From positions 22,260,001 to 22,324,000 of the forward strand of contig CM075988.1 in assembly GCA_038087875.1 (NCBI GenBank): a stretch of DNA of 64,000 nucleotides, given 5' to 3'. The position numbers and the translations under genes were made by a program. The notes below the pieces were generated by a model that was not told where the DNA came from, did not search any database, and saw nothing but the letters and a program-made list of their open reading frames with translations. Shown here piece after piece: positions 25,501 through 38,649 of this stretch. Origin of the DNA: Malacoraja senta (Eukaryota). Every line of letters begins with the position of its first letter. The stretch's first letter is position 1.

Positions 25501-28500
25501 AAACATGTTCCCGATGTTGGGGGAGTCCAGAACCAGGGGCCACAGTTTAAGAATAAGGAGTAAGCCATTTAGAACGGAGACGAGGAAACATTTTTTCTCA
25601 CAGAGAGTGGTGAGTCTGTGGAAATCTCTGCCTCAGAGGGCGGTGGAGGCGGGTTCTTTCGATGCTTTCAAGAGAGCGCTAGATAGGGCTCTTAAAAATA
25701 GCGGAATCAGGGGATATGGGGAGAAGGCAGGAACGGGATACTGATTGGGGATGATCAGCCATGATCACATTGAATGGCGGTGCTGGCTCGAAGGGCCGAA
25801 TGGCCTACTCCTGCACCTTTTGTCTATTGTCTATTGACTGAGTTGCAGGTTCGCAGAGTTAAACTGGACTTCTGTGCAGCCTTCAAAATGTCCCAAAGCC
25901 CCCGATCATTAATGCGCGGAGAGGTGGCCGTTCATGTGAATTGTGGCTCGGCATGCTGGGTGAATGAGGACGTGGCAACGAGCAGGACCCCCACTGACCC
26001 AGTGCAGCCACAAGTCGCATGTACTTAGCAACTTTCATTTGGTAAATCGTCCTCGGGCAGCACGATGGCGCAGCGGTAGAGTTGCCTCCTCACAGCGCCA
26101 GAGACCCAAATTCGACCCTGACTACGGGTGCTGTCCGTTCGGAGTTTGTACATTCGCCTCGTGACCTTGTGGGTTTTCTCCGGGAGCTCCGGTTTCCTCC
26201 CACATTCCAAAGATGCAGGTTAATTGGCTTCGGTTAAAAAAAAAAAAATTGTAAATTGCCCCGAGTGTGGAGGATAGTGTTTGTGTACGGGGTTACCGCT
26301 GGTCGGCGCGGACTCAGCAGGCTGAAGGGCCTGTTTCGTGGGGTATATCTAAAGCCGCTCAAGTCTACCTTGCAAGAGCTCATCATTAACACCAAGGTAA
26401 AGGTGGACTTCAGAACAGGTGCCTGAACACCTCCACCTGGGTGTACGATTTTAAGGGGCATCGCGAGGTGGAGGGAGAGATGGTTTAGCTCAATATTATT
26501 GTCACGTGTGCAGAGGTACAGTAAAAAGCTTTTTTATTGCGTGCTACCCAGTCAGCGTAAAGACTGTACATGATAACAAACGACAGTTATCGATAGTTTA
26601 GTGTGAGGTAGAGGCCAATTAAAGAAACTTCCTTGCTCTCCAATGAGGTGGATGGGAGGTCAGGACCGCTCTCTAGTCAGTGAGAGGATGGATCAGTTGC
26701 CTGATAACAGCTGGGAAGAAACCAAAGATCCTGTAGCGGAGGATCTTTGGAAGAAACGGTCCCTGAATCTGGGGGCATGTGTTTTCTCACTTGTGTTTTC
26801 ACATCTTGCCCGATGGGAGAGGGGAGAAGTTGCAGCAACTCCCAGCTGACTGCCGGTGTTCCATTATTACAGGTGACTGCGAAACGACACACAAGCAACA
26901 CAGCTCCAGGCAAGTGAACCCGAAGCATTCTCCGGTGGTGTATCCTAACAGAGTCGTAGATTGTTACAGCATGGGAACAGACCCTTCAGCACAACGGGAG
27001 CTGGGGGTTAGCTCAACCATGCTAACCTGTGACAATTAGGGGCTGCGCAGTGACAACCTCATCCGTCCACTTCCCTGCTTGACCCGCTGAGTTCCTCCAG
27101 CACTCTGTGTTTTTGTTCTAGGTTCCAGCACCTGCAGTTACTTGTGTCTATGGTCTGAATCATCCCACATTGGAAGAGGCATTGTTGCTGGATTTCTGCC
27201 CAAACTGGTCAGCTGTCTGATGCTGGCAGACCATAAGACATGGGAGCAGAAGTAGGCCAGTCAGTATTGGCGGCATGGTGGCATAGCGGTAGAGTTGCTG
27301 CCTTACAGCACCAGAGATGCAGGTTCGATCCTGGATATGGGTTCTGCCTGTACAGAGTTTGTACGTTCCCCCCGTGACCGCGTGGGTTTTCTCCGGGTGC
27401 TCCTGTTTCCTGACACACTCCAAAGAAGTGCGTGTTTGACGGTTATTTGGCTTTGGTAAAAAATTGTAAATTGTCCCCAGTGAGTAGGATATTGTTAGTG
27501 TGATCGCTGGTCGGCGCGGTGTCGATGGGCCGAAGGGCCTGTTTCCACGCTGTATCTCTAAAGTCTAAAGTAAAATCTAAGCTCGTCTCATTTGCCTGCA
27601 TTTGACACGTATCCCCCTCAACCTTTCCTATCCATGTACCTGTCCAAGTGTCTTTTAAATGTTGTTATTGTACCTGCCTCAACTACCTCCTCTGGCAGCT
27701 CGTTCCATACACCCGCCACCTTTTGCGTGGAAAGAATTTGCCCCTGAGTTTAATGGTAAATCTTTCCCCTCTCACCATAACTCTATACCCTATAGTGCTG
27801 TGATTTCCTCACACATCCCAAAAAGCTGCAGGTTTGTAGGATAATTGGCTTTGGTAAAATTGTAAATTGTCCCCAGTGTGTGTAGGGTAGTGCTAGTGTA
27901 ACGGGGATCGCTGGTCAGTGTGGACCCGGTGGGCCGAAGGGCCTGTGTCCGCGTTGAATCTCTAAAGTCTAAAGGGAGTGATTTTCCGTTTTAATCCGTG
28001 GTCCTCACTGCTGTGTCCTGCCTTCTGTGTCTCGTCGCTGTCTCTCATTTATACATGTCGTGAGCAAAAGAAACATAGAAACATAGAAAATAGGTGCAGG
28101 AGTAGGCCATTCGGCCCTTCGAGCCTGCACCGCCATTCAATATGATCATGGCTGATCATCCAACTCAGTATCCCGTACCTGCCTTCTCTCCATACCCCCT
28201 GATCCCTTTAGCCACAAGGGCCACATCTAACTCCCTCTTAAATATAGCCAATGAACTGGCCTCAAATACTCTCTGTGGCAGAGAATTCCAGAGATTCACC
28301 ACTCTCTGTGTGAAAAATAAAATTCTCATCTTGGTCCTAAAAGACTTCCCCCTTGTCCTTAAACTGTGACCCCTTGTTCTGGACTTCCCCAACATTGGGA
28401 ACAATCTTCCTGCATCTAGCCTGTCCAACCCCTTAAGAATTTTGTAAGTTTCTATAAGATCCCCGCCTCAATCTTCTAAAGCCCAATCTTTGCTTGTGTT

Positions 28501-31500
28501 TTCCCACCTGGCCCCACGCAGTAAGGCAGCGACGGTGGTGAGTGGAGCCGACAGCCCTGTGCCTGAGGTGGTGTCTGATGCCGACATCGAGTCTGTGGAA
28601 GGTGAAGAGCCGGCAGGAGACGGAGGAGTGGAGAATTTTCAGGTAGGCCCTGAACTGCCCAGGTCTGTATGTGAGAGTGGTTTATGCAGCTCGCTGTCCT
28701 TGGTTAACAAAGGGCGGTCACGGTGGCCCAGCGGTAGAGTTGCTGCCTTACAGCGAATGCAGCGCCGGAGACCCGGGTTCGATCCCGACTCCCGGTGCTG
28801 TCTGTACGGAGTTTGAACTGGAATTGTAAATTGCCCCGAGTGTGTAGGATAGGATAGACTCAGCGGGCCGAAGGGCCTGTTTTGTGTGGTACATCTAAAG
28901 AGGGTTTTCTCCGAGATCTTCGGTTTCCTCCCACACTCCAAAGACGCACAGGTATGTAGGTAGATTGGCTTGGTAAATGTAAAAACTGTCCCTAGTGTGT
29001 TTAGGATAGTGTTAATATGCGGGGATCGCTAGCCGGCGTGGACCCGGTGGGCCGAGGGGCCTGTTTCTGCGCTGTATCTCCAAACTAAAGTAAACTAAAA
29101 TCCCAGAATCAAAATAACGACAAATGCATTATTTCGAGAGGAACTAGAATATAAAAACACAATGTAATGTCGAGGCTTTAAAAAGCATTAGCCAGACCGC
29201 ATTTGGAGTATTGTGGGCAGTTTTGGACCTCGTATCTGAGGAAGTATGTGCTGGCGTTGGAGAGGGTCCAGAGCAGGTTTACGAGAATGATCCCAGGAAT
29301 GATTGGGTTAACGCATAATGAGCGTTTGACCGCACTGGGCCTGTACTCGCTGGAGTTTAGAAGAATGAGGGGGGGGGACCTCATTAAAACGTATCGAATA
29401 GTGATAGGCCCAGATAGAGTGGAGATGGAGAGGATATTTCCATTAGTGAGAGAGTCTAGGGCCAGAGGCCATAGCCGAAGAATAAAAGGGCGTACCTTTC
29501 GAAAGGAGACAGGTGTTGAAGGTTATGGGGAGAAGGCAGGAGAATGGGGTTCGGAGGGAGAGATAGATCAACCATGATTGAATGGAGGAGTAGACTTGAT
29601 GGGCCGAATGGCCTAATTCTACTCCTATCCCTTATGACCTCTGAGATGAGGAGGAGCTTCTTCAGTCGGAAGGTGCTGAATCTTAAAGTCATATCTTTAG
29701 TCCTTGACGTTTCCACTCTGGAAATAATGCTCCGACTGTCTACCCTATCTATAATCTTCCATCTTAAATTACAAGTCATTTTATTTTCAGCAGCTAAAGC
29801 GCTACGTGAGGTTATATGCAACTCTTTGGCTTCACTAATGCTTGTGTTTCCCAATATCTCTTCCTTTGGGTTAACGTCAGCTTTGCTTTGCTCGATTCTC
29901 ATGAAAGTTGAGGGGGTGGAACTGAGCTCAGGTCGAGGGAAAGAGGGCAGCATTTTTTGTTGTCGAAAATTAAAAGCTTAAGAACACACATTGTTCGCAG
30001 CAGAAGGTGTTTGGTTTTCAGAGAATTTTGCTGCTCGGAGAAGCAGCATTGAACAGGTGTCAGGGGTTATGGGGAGAAGGCAGGAGAAGGGGGTTAGGAG
30101 TGAGAGGTAGATCAGCCATGATTGAATGGCAGAGTAGACTTGATGAGTCCAATTCTGCTCCTAGAACTTGAACTTATAACTATTCCTGTTTCTTTTTTTG
30201 CAGACAGTTTGGGAGGACCTGATGGATGACTTAGCCAAAAAAAAAGGCAAGAACTTTGGTGAGTGAGAGCAGAGATATCTGTTTCCTTCACTGGACCTGT
30301 TTTTATCCAATTTCTTATCATGTTAGCTGAATTTATCACCTAGAAATGCAAGAATACCTGAAAAAAAATAGCTGATAGAAACCAGGCCCAGCTGGTAGAG
30401 TTGCTGCATCACAGCGCCAAAGATCCATGTTGACCCATGACCACGGGTCCTGTCTGTATGGAGTTTGCACGTTCTCCCTGTGACCACGTGGGTTTTCTCC
30501 GGGTGCTCTGGTTTCCTCCCACATTCCAAAGACGTGCGGGATTGTCGGTTAATTGGCCTCAGTAAATGTCCCGTAGTGTGGACGAGAAAGTGGGATTACA
30601 CGTGTGAACGGGTGATTGATGGTTGGCTTGGGCCATGCCGCCTGTTTCCATGATGGATCTCTAAACCTAACGATAGAATACTTTCTAATGTCAGAAAGAG
30701 GATTGCTCCTCTGGAAACATTGGAGCGATCCTCCTCTCTCCAATGAAACTGAATAATATAAATTATAATAAGAACCCAATTATACATAGCACAATCCGAA
30801 TTTGGAAACAAATAAAACAAAATTTAAAATTAAGAAATTTATCACTTTTATTACCCATAGTTAATAACTCTTCGTTTAATCCCTCTATTATAGATAAAGC
30901 TTTTACACATTGGGATAGACTAGGAATTAAAACGTTCGGTGACTTGTATGAAACTGGAAAATTACTTTCATTTCAACAATTACAAATAAAATATAAACTC
31001 GGAAATAATCAATTTTAAATATTTTCAAATATGCGACTATTTGAAAAAATATACAAAAGATCATTATAATAACCCAGCAGATGTATAGGATGAGGCAATG
31101 CAGATAAAAGCTGAATCAGCAAACTTAATATCATATTTGTATAATATTATCTTAAATGTAGAAATACCATCTACGGAGGGTATCGGAAGAGACTGGGAAC
31201 AAGAGTTAGCTATTAAAATTTCAAAGGAAAGTTGGAATGAACACTTATTAAACGTGCATAAATGTTCGATTAATGCAAGACACACTTTAATACAATTTAA
31301 AATTTTACATAGATTATATTATTCCAAAACTAAAATCCATAAAATTTTCCCAAATGTATCATCCATTTGTGATAAATGTCAATCCCAAGAAGCTACTATA
31401 GCGCACTCATTTGTTTTCTGTACAAAAATTCAAAAATTTTGGAATGAAATTTTCGAAATCTTTACAAAATTATTTAAAATAAAACTGATACCCAAAGCAG

Positions 31501-32902
31501 AATGGATTATCTTCGGAATAACGGAAGATGGTCCAGAACTAAATGTGTTTCAAAAGAAACTAATAGACTATTGGTTAATAACTGGAAAAAAGCTAATCCT
31601 AAAATTTTGGAAGAAGGCTCCAATACCAACTATAAACATGTGGATTTCAAATATGTTCGAAACATTACACCTAGAAGAAATAAGACTCCTCCTAGCAGGT
31701 AAACCAGATCACTTCCACCTGACGTGGTCTGCATTTATAGAATTATTACAAATATAGGGTGCAAAGGTACCTTAAAAAAAATTGAGGTCAGGTAATGGGG
31801 GATGATAGTTGAAGAGTTGGTATGTCCCATTTGCGTAATGCTCATAAAAAATATTTGTTTCTCTCTTTTTCCTTTTTCTCTTTCTCCTTCTTTTCTAGGG
31901 TCTATTTCTTAACTCTTTTTCTTTTGTTTTTAATTTTGTTCTTATAGGGTCTTCGTCCTTTTTTGTTGTCACATTTTCTACACTCTCATTTTTTCCTTCA
32001 CTTTCTTCTTTCTTTCAATCTTATCCTTTCCTTTCACTAGTGTAAAAAACAAATGGAGTACATTAATTGTAAGAAGACATAAGTGACGAGTACTAATGTA
32101 TGTGGTTGTAATGTAATGTACTTCTAATAAATTAAAAAATTAAAAAAAAGAATACTTTCTATAGCACTTCTGAAACAGGCCCTTCGGCCCACCGAGTCCG
32201 TGCCGACCAGCGATCACCCCGTATTGACAGTGCAAAATGCTTAGATGGGGTGGAATTTGTTGCGTCCATCCATGAGTGTTGCATAGATAGGGTGGATATG
32301 TCCAAGATTAGAGGGCATAGCGTTAAGGTGAGAGGGTCAAAGTTAAAAGATGTGCAGGATGGGTATTTTTACACAGAAAGTGATGGGTGCCTGGAACATG
32401 CTGCCCACGGTGCTGGTGGAGGCAGGTATAATTTAAGAGGCTTTTAGATGGGCTTGCGGATTTGCAGGGAATGGAGGGATCTTGTTCATGTGCAGGCAGG
32501 GGAGATGAATTTAACTTGTCACTATGTTCGGCACAGACAACGTGGGCCGAAGGGCCTGTTCATGTGCTGCACTCTTCTGCGTTCTATTCCAGGCATTTTC
32601 CGCTCAATGCTACAACTATTGTTGTGTACAGTCGCATAAACATTGGTTTGTTTGTTCCAGACGAACTCCGGGAAGAATCTGAAACGAGTATTGAAAGCCA
32701 GAAGTCGTCTCCCAGAACTGAAAAGACCAACTCGGTAAACTCCTGCTCCATATTCTGTTGAGGCCCGGCCCTTTCCAAGATTCCAGAGTGTTTTATCGTC
32801 CTGTGCCCCAGATAGAACAATGAAATACTTTCTTGCAGCAGCACAACTGAATATGTAAACATAGGAATCTGTAAACATTATAATAAAGGAGAGAAAAAGG
32901 TT

Positions 32903-32989
<87 letters not shown>

Positions 32990-35900
32990 CATAAATGTGA
33001 TAGACACAAAAAGCTTTAGTAACTCAGCGGGTCAAACAGCATCTCTGGAGAAAAGGAATAGTTGACGTTTCGGGTCGAGACTCTTCTTTGGTCTGAAAAA
33101 GGGTCTCGATCCGAAACATCACCCATTCCTTTTCTCCGGAGATGCTATCTAATATAGAGAACGGTGTGTGTGTATATATAGATATAGATATAGATAAATA
33201 GATATAAATAAATAAATAAATAAATAAATAGATAAATGGATAAATATATATCTTTATCTATCTATCTATCTATATATATATGTATATATATATATATTTA
33301 AAATTGTGTGTGTGTTTCTGCCTGTCTTGTGGGTGCCAGCCTTCCTTTAATTCGTTGCAACGCCAACACCACACGCAGAAACGCCGAGATTTTTTCCATT
33401 TCGGTAGAGATTTCACTTTTCATTCCAAGTATCCACTCCTGGTTAAATTTTGTCGTGTTTATGTAGACATTTTTAATAACATCCTTCTTCCCCCCCCCCC
33501 CACTCCATTTTGTCTCCGCCTGCTGGCCAGCCACCATAGCGGCTGCTGCCGAAAGGCTCTGCTCCAAAAACGACGCCATTTTTTTCTTTCGCTAGCGATT
33601 TTCTCCCTGGGGTCTGAAGCAGGTTTGGGGTCCAGACCCAACGGGTCTGCACTTGGTCTAGTATATATATAAAACCGGTGCCCCCAAGTCGATGTAGTTC
33701 AGAGCTTACTGGAAGTAGTTAATAGCTTGATGGCTGGAGGGAAGAAGTTGTTCCTGAACCTGGACGTTATAGTTTTTGGGCTCCTGTACCTATTTCCCAA
33801 TGGCAGTGATGAAACGAGTGTGTGGGTCTCTGATGATGTTGGCTGCCTTTTTGAGGCAGCAACTCATGCAGATCCCTTCGATGGTGGGGAGGTCAGAACC
33901 CGTGATGGACCAGGAGACGGTGTTCACCACTTTTTGCAGGCTTCTTCGCTCCTGGGCATTCCCCTTTCGCCTTCTCCAGTGTCAGAGTGGGGAGGGTTTG
34001 CGGGGATGTGTGTCATGCCAACATGTTGTCCTGTTAGTGGGAAACGGAAAGTTACGGAGTCAGCCGGGCACTAGATGGCGTGACTGCGTGAGAGAGCAAC
34101 GTGATGAGCTTCCAAGGCGAGTGATCCACAGGATCAATGATGGAAAGACTTCTGCTTCCAATCATCAGATTCCATCATGGCAACGAAGGAATGTAAATTA
34201 TTAATACCTCCAGTTTCAGGGACTGTTTCTTCCCAGCTTTTATCAGGCAACTGAACCATCCTATCCTCAACTAGAGAACGGTCCTGACCTTCCATCTAAC
34301 ACATTGGAGACCCTCGGACTATCTTTAATCAGACTTTACTGGACTTTGTCTTGCACTAAACATTATTCCCTTTATCCTGGATCTGTACACTGTGGATGGC
34401 TCGATTGTAGTCTAGCTGGTGGTGGAACGGTCTTTCTGCTGACCGGTTAGCACGCAACAAAAAGCTTTCCACTGTACCTCGGTACACGTGACAATAAACT
34501 AAATCGAATCGAATCTATGGGGTGGCGCAGCGGTAGAGTTGCTGCCTCACAGCGCCAGAGACCCGGGTTTGATCCTGACTACCGGTGCTGTCTGTACGGA
34601 GTTTGTACGTTCTCCCTGTGACCGCATGGGCTTTCTTCAGGTGCTCCAGTTTCCTCCCACGCTCCAAAGACGTACATGTTTGTAGGTTAATTGTCTTTGG
34701 TAAAAAATTTAAATTGCCCCCAGTGCAGGATAGTGTACGGGGATCGCTGGTTTGTGGCGGAGGCGTCTGTTTCCACGTTGTATCTCTAAACTAAACTATA
34801 CCGAAGATCAGCAGCTATGTTGCAATCTCATTTTAAGTTCAATAATAACTGCTCAACATTGTCTTTCTATTTGATTTTTTTTTGTAGTTGGAAGAACTGC
34901 CTCCAGATCCAAATGAACAGTAAGTAAAAGCGGAGAAAATTCAACGTGTTCATGAATTGCAACTGACTTCTGGCCAGTTTTCACTGTACACTGCGGGTGG
35001 CCGATCGCTGGTCGGCATGGGCCGAGGGGCCTGTATTGTGCTGTATCTCTGAAGTCTAAATTAAATCGCTTCATGCCAAATACTTTTTTTTAAATTATTT
35101 TTATTCGAGGCCATTGTACAAGGATAAAACATTCGGCATGTAAAATTATACAATTATCGTACAGCTTCAATTTTAACCTTTTAGCCTGAAAGTGGGAGAA
35201 AAGAAGAGAGGAAGAACAAGAGAAGGGAAAAAGTGAGAAGTGAAAAGATAGCTCGAAAAAGCATATAGAAAAGACCCCTAAACTACCAAAGTTGTGTGGC
35301 CAAAAAGTGAATAAAGATATAAGAGTCTGTTGGACACCGCACATCTTGAGGAAATGCGATTCCTCCGAATAGATAAATTTGACCAATTCACAACGAGTTG
35401 GTCTCCATTTGTCGTCTTTTTGGAATCATATGGTGCAACACAATTGTAAAAGCTAACTCGTGACTGGACGAGGGATGGTCAAGATTATAAATAAGTTCTC
35501 CTTACTTCTTTTTTCTTTTTCTTCCCTTTTCTTCTTTTCTTCTCTTTTTCCTATTTTCTATTCTTTAACTTTCTTCTTTCACTCTCTATTTTTCTTTTCC
35601 ACACACTATATATCTCACATTTTTCTATATTTCATTATCTAACTTCTTTTTCTTTATCTTCTTTATTATAAAAAAAAATTTAAATAAGAAGCTGTACATA
35701 AAAGGTATTATGAAAATATGATTGTATACAATTGTACTTCTAATAAAATAAAAAGAAAAAAAGAAAAAGAAAAGACCCCTAAACTAACAAAGTTGTGTGG
35801 CCAAAAAGTGAATAAAGATATAAGAGGAAAAAAAAGAGAGAGAAAAAAAAAAAAGTGGATGATATACCTGCCCCTCGTCCACCCCCCCCCTGCCCACCTC

Positions 35901-38615
35901 ACCCAACCCAGAATCGGATTTAAATCTAAATGTGTGTTGCGCCATTCTATCCTTGTAAGAATTCGGTGAAGGGTGTCCATGTCTTGAAAAATGGATCTGT
36001 TTTTTCTGCCAAGACTTCATGCCAATCACTAACCCTCACTCATCTTTATACTTCAGATGTGAAGAGGAAAACCGTTCCACAAAGAAATCTCGAACAGAAC
36101 CAAAAAGTGTAGGTAAGTGGATTCTCAACCTCTGTCTGTTTATTTCTGATGTTCCTGCATTTTTCCGCATCTCCAACCAATAAACTGAAAATCAAGGCAC
36201 ATTTTATATTTCTGATAGTATTTGCTTATGAGTTTCTAATTGATTGAGGAATTTAAAGAAACATCATGGAAACAGGCCCTTTGGCCCACTGAGTCCACTC
36301 CAACCATCGATCACCGGTTCACACTAGTTCTATGTTATCTCACGTTTGCACCCATTCCCTACATACTTGGGGCAGTTTTACAGGCCATTAAACCTTCAAA
36401 CTTTGGGATGTGCAGGGTGTCACACTGCACATCCCACGCTGTCACAGGGAGAACATGCGAACTCCACACAGACAGCTCGCAAGGTCTGGATCGAATTCAG
36501 GTCTCGAGAGCTATGAGGTACCTGCTGTGCCACTCTGCCACCCATGAATTCAATGGTTTGATCAACCCTCTACAATCTCTGTCGAACTAACAGCTGTCGT
36601 AGTTTGGGTGGCACGGTGGCGCAGCGGTAGAGTTTCTATCTTACAGCGCCAGAGACCCCGGTTCGAACCTGACTACGGGTGCTGTCAGTACCGGGTTTGT
36701 ACGGGTTTGTACAGTGACCGCGTGGGTTTTCCCCGGGTGCTCCGGTTTCCTCCCACACTCCAAAGACGTACGTGTTTGTAGGTTAATTGGCTTCGGTACA
36801 AATTGTAAATTGTCCCTAGCGTGGGTAGGGTAGTGCTAGTGTACGAGGTGATCGCTGGTCAGCCCAGATGGGGTGGGCCGAAGGGCCTGTTTCCGTGCTG
36901 TATCTCTAAACTAAAGAATCCCAACCCAAAACATCATCTGCCCATTGACACCCAGAGATGCTGCCTGACCTGCTGAGTTCCACCAGCATTTTTTTTTTTT
37001 TTAATCGCTCGGTTTGGTTTTATTAATTTAATGCATCCTCGGTCAGCGGAGAAAACTGACATTATTTTAAGCTCTGTGACTCCAAGTGTCAAAACTAGCA
37101 CTATCAAAATAGAGTGAAGTGTCAGTCTGTCTGTGTGAGCAGATAGAACACGTGCAGGAAGGAACTGCAGATGCTGGTTTAAACCAAAGATAGACACAAA
37201 AGTCCTTAGATTGTCAAACGCTATTTCCCTTTTATCGTTTTTTGACTCTGCACAATCAGTACCTTTTGCATAATCTATGGAGCGAAGGATTAGGTGACGT
37301 TTTGGGTCGAGACGACCCGAAACGTCACCTATTCCTTCGCTCCATAGATGCTGCCACACCCGCTGAGTTGCTCCAGCATTTTTGTCTACCTTCGATTTTT
37401 CCAGCATCTGCAGTTCCTTCTTAAACCTTCCTCATAATCAGTACCTTTAGCTTCCAGTACTTTAACTAGCTGATCTTTAGTTCACTATTCTCTCTTCCTC
37501 TGAATAATTGGTTTATTTTTGCCACCTTACAATCTCCGAAATTAAAATTAATATTGGTATCTTTGTAGATACTCCTGGTGTTGGGTTTTGGTCCCAATGG
37601 ATATTCTTTCTTTTCATTTATTCATTAGTTCATGGGGATGTGGACACCATTGGCAAGACAGATACCTTGTTAACCACAAAAAGTTGGGGTAACTCAGCGG
37701 GACAGGCAGCATCTCTGGAGAGAAGGAACGTTTGGGTCGAGACCCTTCTTCAGCCTGTAGACGGGTCAAGACCCGAAACATCACCCATTCCTTCTCTCCA
37801 GAGATGTTTGCCTGTCCCGCTGAGTTACTCCAGCACTTTGTGTCTATCCTCCGATAGAACCCATTCAGTCTCGTTGTTTTCCACACCTGGAGGCAGAGGC
37901 TGGAGTTAAAATCTGACAACTCCGCAAGAGGCCATTTACCCACCGCTACTAGTTCCAGCCACTGTCCACTCCCCTGTCCTCCCCCTGTAATTCTGTTCTT
38001 GTGAGTTTCCACCCAATTCACTTCTGAACGTTACCAGCCGAATAGAAATACACTTTTCATCGTCGTCCTTCTAGTTCTGATGATTGGCATCTGAAACCCA
38101 CTTTTACGCTCCCTCTACTGTGGGAATAGTTTCTCTGTATCCATCAGAGACCTTCAGAAATCTAAACACAAAATTTGTTTCAAAATTAGTTCCAATACCC
38201 ATTCTGAAGGAAGGCCATTGAAAAAAGGAGATATCTAGACAAAATTAAACCAAACTAAAATTGGTGAATTGAGGTTGGAATTGTTCTTGAAAAATCCAGT
38301 TTGTGTGTGTGTGCGCATAAGTGTGTCTGCGTGTATGTGTTTGTGTGCATGTGTGTCTCTGAGTCTGTGTGTGTGTGTGTCTCTGTGTTTGTGTGTGTCT
38401 GTCTCTGTGCTTGTGTCTCGGTCTCAGTGTGTGTGTGTGCATGTGTCGCTGTGCGTCTGCCTGTGTGAGACTTTGTTTCTATGAGTGTATATGTGAGAGT
38501 GCGTGCATGTGTATGCCTCTATCTGTGTGTGTGTGTGTCTCAGTCCATGTGTATGTGTGTGTCTCTGTGCCTGCACCCCTGTGCTGCGTGTGTGTTTCTC
38601 TACCTGTATCCCTGA

Positions 38616-38649
<34 letters not shown>

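Noticed and set aside
36057..36112. Reading [22 protein letters not shown] as a terminal exon
   Set aside because: The upstream exon ends in phase 2, which selects the open CEEENR...KSV frame.
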